A DNA stretch of 64,000 bases from an uncultured Acidobacteriota bacterium (lineage in GTDB: Bacteria; Acidobacteriota; Thermoanaerobaculia; Multivoradales; UBA5704), in contig CAVYRF010000002.1 in NCBI GenBank assembly GCA_963770895.1, positions 3,936,001 to 4,000,000 on the forward strand, in the 5' to 3' direction. The position numbers were made by a program, and so were the translations under genes. The notes under the pieces were generated by a model that was given only the letters and a program-made list of their open reading frames with translations, was not told the DNA's origin and made no database searches. Positions 25,717 through 34,777 of the stretch are shown here, piece by piece; within the stretch, counting starts at the first letter, position 1, and every line of letters begins with the position of its first letter.

Positions 25717-27192
25717 CTACTGGGGCGCAGCAGCTGGCAGTGCCAACCCGAAGGTGGCGCCGGCGCCTGGGGCGCTGCGCGCCCAGACGCGGCCGTGCTG
25801 CGCCTCGACCAGGGCCTTGACGATGGCGAGGCCCAGGCCGCTGCCCCCGGTCTCGCGCTGGCGCGCGGTGTCGGCGCGGTAGAAGCGCTCGAAGGCGCGG
25901 GCCAGCTGCTCTTCCGAGAGGCCGCAACCGGTGTCGGCGACCTCGATGCGCACCTCGGCAACGGCTGCGCTGGCGCCCAGGCGGATCTGGCCGCCGGGTG
26001 GTGTGTGGCGCGCGGCGTTGGTCAGCAGGTTGACGAGCGCTTGACGCAGGCGCAGCGGGTCGGCGGCGACGGTGAGGTCAGCGGCGACATCCAGCCGCAG
26101 GCGTGGGTCGAGATCCAGGCCGGCGGTGCGCAGGGCGGATTGCGCAGCGTCGGCCACTGAGATCGGCACGCATTCGAGGCGCAGCCGGCCGGCCTCGGCG
26201 AGCGCCAGCTCCTGCAGGTCCTCGACCAGCTTCACCAGGTGCTCGACGTCGCCGCGGAAACCGGCGAGCGCCGCCGCGGGATCGGTCTCGAGACCGTCCT
26301 GGCCGGCATCCAGGCGGCAGAGCATTGCAGTGAGGGGGGCGCGCAGCTCGTGGGCGACGTCGTTGACCAGGCCGCGGCGGAGCTGCTGCTGCCGTTCGAG
26401 CTCTCCGGCCATGCCGTTGAAGGCGCGGCCAAGCTCGGCGATCTCCTCGGGGCCGGCGGCTGGGACCCGGCGTTCGAGGCGGCCGCGCGCCAGGTCGCGG
26501 GCCGCCTCCCGGAGCTGGCGGACGGGAGCGAGGATGCGCCGCGCCAGGATCCAGGTGGCGAGCAGCGATAGCACCGCCGCCGCGCCGGTGACCGCGACCA
26601 GGCGGCGGTCGAGCGCGTTGAGCACCGCCGCTGAGCGCAGCCCCTCGCCCGGACTGGGGAGGAACAGCGGGACGAGGTAGCCGCTGGCCCCGGCCGTACC
26701 GGCGGCGCCGGGTGGTGGGCCGGCAGCGGCGTGCGGTGCGGTGCCGCCGCCATTGCCGTTGCCGGCGCGCAAGGCCACGGGCACTCCGGTGCCGCGCAGG
26801 TGCAGCTCCCAGAGGTCCTGGCTGCCGCCCGCGGCCCTCATCCGCACCACCAGGCCGTCGCCGTCGGGCGCGGTTTCGACGGTTCTGCCGCGGAGGGGTT
26901 CGCCGGCCGCGGCTACGAGCCTGTCGTGCCCGTCGATGAGCAGCACCGCCGTGGCGGCGGGGAGACTGCCGGCGGCTGCCGCGAGGTCCGCCGCCGCGAG
27001 GCCGTCGGGGCGGCCGGCGGCCAGCTGGCGCAGCAGGTGGTCGACGTCCTCGCGGGAGGCGCGATGCTCCAGGGTCAGATAGCTCCTGATCTCGAAGCGG
27101 GCGCCGTGGCGGGCCGCCAGCGCCACGCCGGCCACGGCGGCGAGCGCCAGCAGGCCCACCGCGGCGAGCAATCGCGCCTGCAGGCTGCGCAT
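25717..27192 (-). CDS. HAMP-domain sensor histidine kinase (BaeS-like)
   Basis: Two TM segments, HAMP, HELRAPL, NLLTNA, DTGCG, GSGLGL. Confidence 0.93.
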   Translation of the reverse strand: MRSLQARLLAAVGLLALAAVAGVALAARHGARFEIRSYLTLEHRASREDVDHLLRQLAAGRPDGLAAADLAAAAGSLPAATAVLLIDGHDRLVAAAGEPLRGRTVETAPDGDGLVVRMRAAGGSQDLWELHLRGTGVPVALRAGNGNGGGTAPHAAAGPPPGAAGTAGASGYLVPLFLPSPGEGLRSAAVLNALDRRLVAVTGAAAVLSLLATWILARRILAPVRQLREAARDLARGRLERRVPAAGPEEIAELGRAFNGMAGELERQQQLRRGLVNDVAHELRAPLTAMLCRLDAGQDGLETDPAAALAGFRGDVEHLVKLVEDLQELALAEAGRLRLECVPISVADAAQSALRTAGLDLDPRLRLDVAADLTVAADPLRLRQALVNLLTNAARHTPPGGQIRLGASAAVAEVRIEVADTGCGLSEEQLARAFERFYRADTARQRETGGSGLGLAIVKALVEAQHGRVWARSAPGAGATFGLALPAAAPQ

Positions 27193-27196
27193 GGCG

Positions 27197-27913
27197 TCAG
27201 GGTTCCGCGTCGCCGTCGCGCAGGCGGTAGCCGATCCCCTGCACGGTGAGGATGTAGCGTTCGCCGTGCGGCGGCTCGAGCTTGCGGCGCAGGTGGGTGA
27301 CGTGGGAGTCGATGGTCCGCTCGCTCGCCTCGCGCTCCGGCCCCAGGGCTCGGATCAGCTCGCTGCGGCTGAAGGCCCGGCCGGGATGGCGGGCCAGGGT
27401 GGCGAGGAGGCGGTGCTCGCTGGGGCTGAGCGCCACCTCCCGCCCGGCCACGCGCACACGGTGGCTGCGCGCATCGATCTCCAGCTCGCCGATGCGCTGG
27501 GTCTGCGCGGCGGCGAGCCCGGGCGGCGGCAACCGGCGCAGCAGCGCGCGCACGCGGGCCACCACCTCGGCCGGCCGGAAAGGTTTCCCGACGTGGTCGT
27601 CGGCACCGCTTTCGAGGGCCGCGACCACGTCGTCCTCGGCGGTGAGGGCGGTGAGCATCACGATCGGCACGCTCGATGCGGCGCGCAGCCGGCGGCAGAC
27701 CTCGCGCCCGTCGAGGCCGGGAAGAAGCACGTCCAGGATCACCGCGGCGGGAGCCGCGCTGAGGGCGACGTCGAGCCCGGTCCGGCCGTCGTGTGCCAGC
27801 AGCACGCGGAAGCCGGCATGCTCGAAGTAGAGCCGCAGGGTGGACGCCACCACCCGGTCGTCCTCCACCACCAGGATTGCCTCCGGCTCAGCCGTCATCG
27901 CTCGCTTCTCCAT
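27197..27913 (-). CDS. OmpR-family response regulator
   Basis: VVEDD, LDVLLP, KPF, winged-helix C-terminus TVQGIGY. The start may be 27898. Confidence 0.93.
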   Translation of the reverse strand: MEKRAMTAEPEAILVVEDDRVVASTLRLYFEHAGFRVLLAHDGRTGLDVALSAAPAAVILDVLLPGLDGREVCRRLRAASSVPIVMLTALTAEDDVVAALESGADDHVGKPFRPAEVVARVRALLRRLPPPGLAAAQTQRIGELEIDARSHRVRVAGREVALSPSEHRLLATLARHPGRAFSRSELIRALGPEREASERTIDSHVTHLRRKLEPPHGERYILTVQGIGYRLRDGDAEP

Positions 27914-27958
27914 GCCGCCGAGGCGGCGCGCCGGTACCGCGCGCGCCCGAGGCGCGGC

Positions 27959-29407
27959 CTACTTCTGCAGCGCCTTGGCGAGGGCCGTGCCCAGGTCGGC
28001 GCCGGTGCGCGGGTCGCGATTGGTGAGGACCACGACCGTCCAGGTGCCGTCGCTCGCGAGCAGGGAGTTGGTGCCGGGGGCGCCGCCGGCGGCCTCCAGG
28101 CGAATCGTGGCACGGTCGTCCACCGCCGTTTCGTCGCCGAGCACCCAGGCCGTCCACTGGCGACCCAGCAGCCGGTAGCCGCGCACCGCGCTGTCGTAGG
28201 CTAGCAGGTCGGCGACGGTTGAGAAAACGCCGCCCGCCGCGCAGCCGCGGCCACCGGCGCCAAGGGTGGCCGGTTCCAGGCCGTGGGGTGTCCGGCTGTA
28301 CCCCTGCGCCTTCTTTTCCTCGCGGTCTGATGGCCACAGGAAGGCGGCGCCGGTCATGCCGGCCGGCGCGAAAATGTGAGACGTCACGTAGTCTTCGTAC
28401 GCCGTCCCGGCGACCGCTGCCACGATCTCCCCCAGCACCACGTAGCAGCCGTTGCAGTAGCGGCGCTGGCTCCCGGGCTCGAACTCGAGCGGCAGCGGCG
28501 CGACGCGCAGGAACCAGTCGTGGTTGGAGGCCGGAGGCGGGTCGCCGGCCTTGACGGCAGCGAAGATGTCGGGGATGCCGGCGCGGTGATCGACCAGCTG
28601 GCGGACGGTCACCTGGCGCGCCGCGGCGGCATTGGGGTAGGAGGGCAGGTACCTGGCGATGGGCTCGTCGAGCGCCAGCTTGCCCTGCTCCAGCAGCTGG
28701 CCGACGGCCGCCTTGGTGAACTGCTTGCCGATCGACGCGATGTTGAAGCGGGTGTCCAAGGTGTTGGGAATCTGGCGCTCGCGGTCGGCCAGGCCGAATG
28801 CCCGCTGGTAGAGCGGCTTACCGGCCAGGCCCACCAGGATGGCTCCAGACAGGGCGTCGTGGGCTGCAAGCTCGCTCAGGTAGGGATCCAGGAGGCCGGC
28901 GAGGCGGTGAGGGTCCTCAACGCCGCGCATCTCGGGCAGCGGCGGCAGGAGGATGCGGGGAGTGCCACCGTCGTTGCCAGCTCGCTCCACCATGATCCCC
29001 ATGTCGCGGATGCGATGCGGGGGCGCGGCTTCGAGCTCGACGTGCAGAGTGGCCGTGTCGCCGGCTCCAGTGCCATGAAGCTCGGCGTCGGCCGCCCAGG
29101 GCCCGGTCGACCGCACCGCGGTCACCTCGACGGTGCCGAAGTCCTGGTGAAACCGAGCGATGAGCTGGCGCCGCTGATCGGGGGTGCGGCGAGCCAGCAG
29201 CTCAGGGGCGAAGCGCGCCTGCGCCAGCCGTTCCCAAACGTCGGGGTCGCCAGCCGCCAGCGCCGCCGCCAGGGAATCGATGGCGCCGCGCAGCTCGGGA
29301 GCCGGCGACGTGGTGAGCGCCGAACCCTCCGCGGGTGCGCGGAGCAGGGCGGGCAAGAGCGGTGTGAGTGCGAGAGTCACCAGCAGCAACGATCGTGAGC
29401 GGCGCAT
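27959..29407 (-). CDS. Secreted serine hydrolase, beta-lactamase/class C-like family
   Basis: Signal peptide, SIGK (SxxK), YCN (YxN), LVDHRAGI, RBS AGGAGG. Confidence 0.9.
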   Translation of the reverse strand: MRRSRSLLLVTLALTPLLPALLRAPAEGSALTTSPAPELRGAIDSLAAALAAGDPDVWERLAQARFAPELLARRTPDQRRQLIARFHQDFGTVEVTAVRSTGPWAADAELHGTGAGDTATLHVELEAAPPHRIRDMGIMVERAGNDGGTPRILLPPLPEMRGVEDPHRLAGLLDPYLSELAAHDALSGAILVGLAGKPLYQRAFGLADRERQIPNTLDTRFNIASIGKQFTKAAVGQLLEQGKLALDEPIARYLPSYPNAAAARQVTVRQLVDHRAGIPDIFAAVKAGDPPPASNHDWFLRVAPLPLEFEPGSQRRYCNGCYVVLGEIVAAVAGTAYEDYVTSHIFAPAGMTGAAFLWPSDREEKKAQGYSRTPHGLEPATLGAGGRGCAAGGVFSTVADLLAYDSAVRGYRLLGRQWTAWVLGDETAVDDRATIRLEAAGGAPGTNSLLASDGTWTVVVLTNRDPRTGADLGTALAKALQK

Positions 29408-29499
29408 GAGACCTCCTGATCAGCGGGTAGTCGGGGCGCTCCGGCGGCCAACGTCCGGCTGCCGGTTCGCCCTCCGACGATCACCGTACCGCCCGCTTG

Positions 29500-29516
29500 T
29501 GGAGGATTGATGGAGG
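29500..29516 (-). promoter_or_regulatory. Putative OmpR/BaeR-type direct-repeat box
   Basis: On the minus strand CCTCCA-N5-CCTCCA (11-bp period), upstream of a TACGGT -10-like hexamer and the hydrolase-RR-HK operon. Confidence 0.45.
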
Positions 29517-29544
29517 GGTGGGCGTGGAGTCGCTCGCGCACGGA

Positions 29545-29609
29545 CGCTCCGCCCTCCCCCCAGGCCCGATTGCGGACGCGCCGCAGGCGCGCCGCAATCG
29601 GGGCAACCG
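29545..29609. repeat. Palindromic intergenic repeat, copy 2 (full)
   Basis: CGCTCCGCCCTCCCCCCAGGCCCGATTGCGGACGCGCC-GCA-GGCGCGCCGCAATCGGGGCAACCG. Confidence 0.88.
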
Positions 29610-30043
29610 GAGTTCGAGGGGAGGGCTTTCCCAGCGTTCGAGGGTCCTGGGGTTCACACCGAGCTTGAACGCGAACACCTGCCTGGACATATGCAATCCC
29701 TCGCGGGTCTCGCGAACGATCTGCGGATCGAGCGGTGGCAGAGCAATGGGCGCGACCTCGTGCGTGCGCAGGGTGATACGTCCTTCCCGATGGTCTCGCA
29801 TTGCAGCCACGCCTGCCATGAGCTCGGGGAAGAGCCTCCGCTTGGCGGCTTCTCTCGATGGAGCTGTCTTTGCTTTCCGGGTCTTCCTCGGCATGGTCAC
29901 TGTGCCCGGGATGACATCGCCGGCTTCTGGGTTGACGGTGAGGGAGAGCTGGAGCGCCCGATACTCGCCATCCTCCAAATAACCGTGGCACTCCGCCCAT
30001 CTGCTGCGGATCGACGCTGATCCGAGAGAACCCCAGATCCATC
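29610..30043 (-). pseudogene. Mosaic of toxin-antitoxin remnants: DUF433 N-terminus, RelE/HigB fragment and truncated XRE-HTH antitoxin
   Basis: RISVDPQQMGGVP (DUF433-like), then in another frame YLEDGEYRALQ..NPEAGDVIPGT (RelE-like) running straight into MPRK...MSRQVFAFKLGVNPRTLERWE (HTH), which breaks off just before the repeat. Confidence 0.7.
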
Positions 30044-30286
30044 GTTTCCTCGTGGCGTTGTGTCATGTGCGGCTGGTCCTCGCTCGGCATTGGCCCACCA
30101 TAGCGTAGCGCGGGGCGCCGCCATGGCCGCACAGGCTTGGTCGGTCGGGGGAGGATGGCCATTTCCATCACCCGAATGCTTGCCTTGGGGAGCTTGCGAG
30201 CTCGGGTGTAAATGCCAGAGTCCTGGCATGCGCACCCCAGGCGCGCTTCCGGCTGCGGCCTTGGACTGTCCTTGTAAGGCCTTTTG

Positions 30287-30299
30287 AATCAATTGTTTG
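30287..30299 (+). promoter_or_regulatory. IHF-binding site
   Basis: AATCAATTGTTTG matches the WATCAANNNNTTR consensus in an AT-rich patch. Confidence 0.6.
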
Positions 30300-30326
30300 G
30301 TGCGTTTGGTTGAAGGTCTGGCGGGT

Positions 30327-30341
30327 TGGCCTTGGGCTTGC
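30327..30341 (+). promoter_or_regulatory. Putative sigma54 -24/-12 promoter
   Basis: TGGC-N7-TTGC with correct spacing, just downstream of the IHF site and ~100 nt before ATG 30439. Confidence 0.55.
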
Positions 30342-30438
30342 CTTGATGGGTCTCCAGTCAACGCATGCGGTCGCGATCGGCGGTCGGGTTTCCAGTCGAA
30401 GGAGCGGCCCACCAACGTTTTTCAAAAGGAGACGGATC

Positions 30439-31110
30439 ATGTTTACCCTCACCACTCTGCAACGGCGTCCGCGGTTGGCCCTGGGTGCCGCTCTGGCCCT
30501 GGTTGTTGCGGCGAGCGGCGCCGCCCACGCCACCTGCAACACCCAGCTTTTCTACGGCGACTTCAAGATCGGCTTCGTCACCCACTTTCCAGGTTCGCCG
30601 GTGACCGCCGGGCCGATCGTGCCCACCACCGACACCAACCCGTTGTGCGCCGGTTGGTCCAAGACCACCCTGACCTTGCAGATCCCCACCGGCTGCACCA
30701 AGGCCGTCGTGCTGGTCGGCTACGACGGCTTGCCGGTCGATTGGACTTTGGATATCGGCAACTCTCCCACCAACGACGGCTTCGGCGGCGACGCCGGCAG
30801 CAACGGTGGTCACAATGCCGAGCTGTGGATCCTGGGCGAGAACCTTGAGGTTGCCAACGCCTCCACCGACCCCACCAAGATCGACAACCCCCTGATCATT
30901 CAGACCCTCGGTCTGCAGAACAGCGGTCTCCAGTTCAACGTCATGAACCAGGCCATCAGCTGGGGCAATCCGTACACGTTGCTGCAAACGCCAGCTTCAC
31001 AGAACCTCTTCTTCCCGCCGACGATCTACATCGGCGTCAACCAGGTGGTCGCCGGTGACGCCGGTCGCGACGGTTGCGGCTTGCGCACGGTGCTGATCAG
31101 CTTCGAATAA
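30439..31110 (+). CDS. Secreted hypothetical protein (223 aa, beta-rich, 4 Cys)
   Basis: RBS AAGGAG, signal peptide ending AHA, coherent C/G-ending codon usage. Confidence 0.85.
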   Translation: MFTLTTLQRRPRLALGAALALVVAASGAAHATCNTQLFYGDFKIGFVTHFPGSPVTAGPIVPTTDTNPLCAGWSKTTLTLQIPTGCTKAVVLVGYDGLPVDWTLDIGNSPTNDGFGGDAGSNGGHNAELWILGENLEVANASTDPTKIDNPLIIQTLGLQNSGLQFNVMNQAISWGNPYTLLQTPASQNLFFPPTIYIGVNQVVAGDAGRDGCGLRTVLISFE

Positions 31111-31123
31111 CAGCTGCAACGTC

Positions 31124-31155
31124 GCCGAGGGGGGCCGCGGTTGCCCCCCTCGGCA
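31124..31155 (+). terminator. GC-rich hairpin after the secreted protein gene
   Basis: GCCGAGGGGG...CCCCCTCGGC 10-bp stem. No U-tract. Confidence 0.4.
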
Positions 31156-31315
31156 CCCCGGCGCCGGCCGCCAGGCTGGCGCTCGTCGGGCCGGGTGCCG
31201 CCCCGCCCCCTTGCCGCGCCGTCCGCCGGAGCCGCCATGCCGGAGATGTATAATTCAATGACACCATGCTTCCGACAAATGGGCCCTGGCGCGATGGCGT
31301 GCCCGGTGACGCCCG

Positions 31316-34300
31316 GTGATCCTGGCGCCCGGCGAAACCCTTGGCGGCCGCTTCCAGATCGTCCGCTGCCTCGGCGAAGGGAGCATGGGAGAGGTCTACC
31401 AGGCCCTCGACCTCGAGCTTGACGAAGCGGTGGCGGTCAAGCTCCTGCACGCCGACGTGGCGCGCGATCCCGAAGCGGTGCAGCGCTTCAAGCGCGAAGT
31501 CCAGCTCGCCCGCCGGGTGACCAACCCCCACGTCTGCCGGGTGTTCGACCTTTCCCAGCAACCGCTGGCGCCGCCGGATGGGTCGGCTCCGTCGGTGCTT
31601 GCCTTCGTCACCATGGAGCTGCTGACCGGCGACACCCTGGCGCAGCGCATCGCCCACCGGGGAGCGTTGCCGCCCGCCGAGACGCTGCCCATCGTGACGC
31701 AGGTCGCCGAGGCCATCTGCGCCGCCCATGAAGCCGGCGTCGTCCACCGCGACCTCAAATCCGCCAACGTGATGTTGGTGCCGGCGCCCGCCGCGCCCGG
31801 CGGCGCGCGTGCCGTGGTCACCGATTTCGGCCTTGCCCACTGCCGCCAGCTGGCCTCGCTGACCACCGCCGGCACCCTGGTCGGCTCGCCCGCCTACATG
31901 GCGCCGGAACAGGTCCGGGGCGGTCGGATCACGCCCGCGGCGGACATCTATGCGCTGGGTGTGGTGCTGTTCGAAATGCTCACCGGCAGGCTGCCGTTCG
32001 AGGCCGACACCGCCTTGGGGACGGCCTTGAAGCGGCTGCACGAGGCGCCCCCGTCGCCACGCGCATCGCAGCCGCAGCTCGACGAGGGCTGGGAGAGGCT
32101 CCTCCGCGGCTGTCTGGCGGTCGAACCGCGCGATCGGCCCACCGGCCCCCAGGTGCTCGACGCGCTGGCGCACCTCGCGGGGAGCGGCGGCGGCGGGCTC
32201 GGCGGCGGACGCGGCGCGCGGCGCCAGCTGGCGCCGGCCGTCGGGGCGGCGCTCCTGGTGACCGTGGTCGCGGCGATTGCCGCCTGGCAGTGGGGTTTGG
32301 CCGCCTGGCCGGGTGGGCGCACCCGCGCCGGCGCGCCGCGCACGGCCGTCGCCGTGGTGGGGTTCGAGAACCTGGCGCGGAATGCCGACAGCGCCTACAT
32401 CGAGTCCTCGCTTCTGGAGATGCTGCCCACGGAGCTGGCGGCGGGGGAGCACCTGCGCCTGGTGGCGGGCGAGCAGGTCGAGCAGGTGCGGCGCGACCTC
32501 GGGCTGACCAGCGCCCGCACGTTCGCCAGCCCGACGCTCGCGAAGCTGCGCCAGCGCCTGGGCGCCGACCTGGTGATCGCCGGAGCCTACCTGGTGGTGC
32601 CCTCGCCGGATCATCCGCGGCAGATCCGCTGCGACCTGCAGATCCAGGACACCGCAACCGGCGAAACCGTGGGCGCCCTGCAGGAGGTCGGCACCGAGGC
32701 GGGCTTCCTCGACCTGGTTTCACACCTCGGCGCCAAGCTCCGCGCGCGCCTTGCGTCGGGTCCGCTGACCGCCGCGGAAGGACGGGCGGTCAGGGCCGCC
32801 CTGCCGGCGAACGACGCCGCGGCGCGCCTCTATGCCGAGGGCGTGGCGAAGCTCAACCGATTCGAGGCGATGGGAGCCCGCACCCTCTTCACGCAGGCGC
32901 TCGCGTCCGATCCCCGCAACCCGCTCATTCACGCCCGCCTGGCCGCGGCCTGGGCCACCCTGGGCTACGCCCAGCGGGCGCGGGACGAGCTGACGCAAGC
33001 CGCGGCCCTGGCGACCCATCTCCGTCTCGAGGATCGGCGTCAGATCGAAGCGCAGCTGCGCGAGATCCAGGGCGACCCGGCGGGCGCCGCGGCCATCTAT
33101 GCGGAGCTCTGGTCCTACTATCCGGACAGCCTCGACTACGGCCTGGACCTGGCGCGCTCGCAGGCCAACGCCGGCCAGGGTGCCCTCGCCATCGCGACCC
33201 TCGATCGGCTCCATCGGCTGCCTCCGCCCGGCGACGTCGACCCGCGCATCGATCTGGCCGAGGCGGAGGCGGCGGTCGCCGTTTCCAGCTTCGAGACGGC
33301 GCGCGTGGCCGCCTTGCGAGCGGCGCGGCGAGCGCGGGGACAGCAGGCGCAGCTGCTGGTCGCGCGCAGCCGGTACTGCGAAGGCGTGGCGCTGCGTTCC
33401 CTCGGCCGGCTGCCCGAAGCGGAGGCCGCCGGCGGCGAGGCGAGCCGCATCGCCGTGCGGGGCGGCGATCTGCTGTTTGCGGCGCAGGCGCTGAGCTTCG
33501 TGGGTACGGTCCTGCTCACCCGCGGCGAGGTCGTGGCGGCGCGGGCAACCTTCGAGCGGGTTCTCGGCCAGAGCCGGCAGGTCGGAGCCGATCATCTTCA
33601 GGCCATGGTGCTGGCCAACCTCGGCATCTGTCAGCGCCGGCAGGGCGACTGGCAAGGCGCTCGCGACAGCTATACGGAGGCGGTCGCGCTGTTTCACCTG
33701 TCCGGCGACCGGCGTCACGAGGCCGCCGTGATCGAGAACCTGGCACAGATCCTCGCCCAACGCGGCGCGCTGCGCGAGGCGCGGACGCAGCATGACGCGG
33801 CGCTGTCGCTCTGCCGCCAGCTCGGCGATCTCAGCTCCGGCGCGACGGTCCTTCTCAACCTGGGCACCCTGGACCTGCAGGAAGCGAACCTGGCCGCGGC
33901 GGCGGCGCACTTTTCCGCGGCGCTCGCCACCTATCAGCGGATCGGCGAAGCGGGCGGGGCGGCCGAAGCGCAGGCGGGGAGCGGCCGGGTGCTCGCCGAG
34001 CGCGGCCAGCTCGATGCCGCCCGGCGGGTGATCGAAGGCGCCGTCGCCACCGCCGATCGGGCAGGCGAGCGGGGAACGGCGGCGAGCCTGCGGCTGGATG
34101 TCGCCCGGTTGGAGATCGCCGCCGGCCGGCCGGCCGTGGCCGCAGGCATCGCGCGCGAGGTGGACGCGGGGCAAGGTGCCACCGAGATCATCCGCGATTC
34201 CGCCGCGGTGGTGCTGGGCTCCGCGTTGGTGGCTTCGGGGCACGCGGCGGACGCCGCGGCAGCCCTGGACCGGGTGGCATCGGCGCTCATCCGCTCGGGC

Positions 34301-34777
34301 GATCTCGACGCCCAGGTGGAATCCGAGATCGTGCGCGGCCGCATCCTGGCCGCAGCGGGACAGGGCGCCGCGGCCCAGCGGCAGCTCGCCGCGACGGCGG
34401 CGAAGGCGCGGCGCCTGGGGATGACGCGTTTCGACATCGAGGCCAGGCTTGCCGCGGCTGAGGGGGCGCCGCAAGATCCCGCGACGCCGGAGCGGCTGGC
34501 GGCCATCGCGCGGGATGCCGCGGCGCACGGCCTTGAGCTGCTGCGCCGCCGCGCCACCGCGCGGCCGGCCGACCTCACCCAGGCTCCCGCACCCACGCGG
34601 CTGGCGCCGCCGTCGGCGCCGCCGGCGCCGTTGGCAGGCACCGGGTCAGGGGGCCGGACGGCCCGGTTTGTAGGCCGCCGGGTCGATCTGGTAGCGCTGC
34701 ATCTTGCTGTGGAAGTTTTTGAAGTCGATGCCCGCCGCCTGCGCCGCCCGGCTGATGTTGCCGCCGGCCGCCTGTAG
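31316..34777 (+). CDS. Hanks-type Ser/Thr protein kinase with TM segment, TolB_N-like domain and TPR repeats
   Basis: LGEGSMGEVY, VAVK, HRDLKSANV, TDFGLA, YMAPE, then a TM segment and long TPR-like helices. Confidence 0.92.
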   Translation: MILAPGETLGGRFQIVRCLGEGSMGEVYQALDLELDEAVAVKLLHADVARDPEAVQRFKREVQLARRVTNPHVCRVFDLSQQPLAPPDGSAPSVLAFVTMELLTGDTLAQRIAHRGALPPAETLPIVTQVAEAICAAHEAGVVHRDLKSANVMLVPAPAAPGGARAVVTDFGLAHCRQLASLTTAGTLVGSPAYMAPEQVRGGRITPAADIYALGVVLFEMLTGRLPFEADTALGTALKRLHEAPPSPRASQPQLDEGWERLLRGCLAVEPRDRPTGPQVLDALAHLAGSGGGGLGGGRGARRQLAPAVGAALLVTVVAAIAAWQWGLAAWPGGRTRAGAPRTAVAVVGFENLARNADSAYIESSLLEMLPTELAAGEHLRLVAGEQVEQVRRDLGLTSARTFASPTLAKLRQRLGADLVIAGAYLVVPSPDHPRQIRCDLQIQDTATGETVGALQEVGTEAGFLDLVSHLGAKLRARLASGPLTAAEGRAVRAALPANDAAARLYAEGVAKLNRFEAMGARTLFTQALASDPRNPLIHARLAAAWATLGYAQRARDELTQAAALATHLRLEDRRQIEAQLREIQGDPAGAAAIYAELWSYYPDSLDYGLDLARSQANAGQGALAIATLDRLHRLPPPGDVDPRIDLAEAEAAVAVSSFETARVAALRAARRARGQQAQLLVARSRYCEGVALRSLGRLPEAEAAGGEASRIAVRGGDLLFAAQALSFVGTVLLTRGEVVAARATFERVLGQSRQVGADHLQAMVLANLGICQRRQGDWQGARDSYTEAVALFHLSGDRRHEAAVIENLAQILAQRGALREARTQHDAALSLCRQLGDLSSGATVLLNLGTLDLQEANLAAAAAHFSAALATYQRIGEAGGAAEAQAGSGRVLAERGQLDAARRVIEGAVATADRAGERGTAASLRLDVARLEIAAGRPAVAAGIAREVDAGQGATEIIRDSAAVVLGSALVASGHAADAAAALDRVASALIRSGDLDAQVESEIVRGRILAAAGQGAAAQRQLAATAAKARRLGMTRFDIEARLAAAEGAPQDPATPERLAAIARDAAAHGLELLRRRATARPADLTQAPAPTRLAPPSAPPAPLAGTGSGGRTARFVGRRVDLVALHLAVEVFEVDARRLRRPADVAAGRL

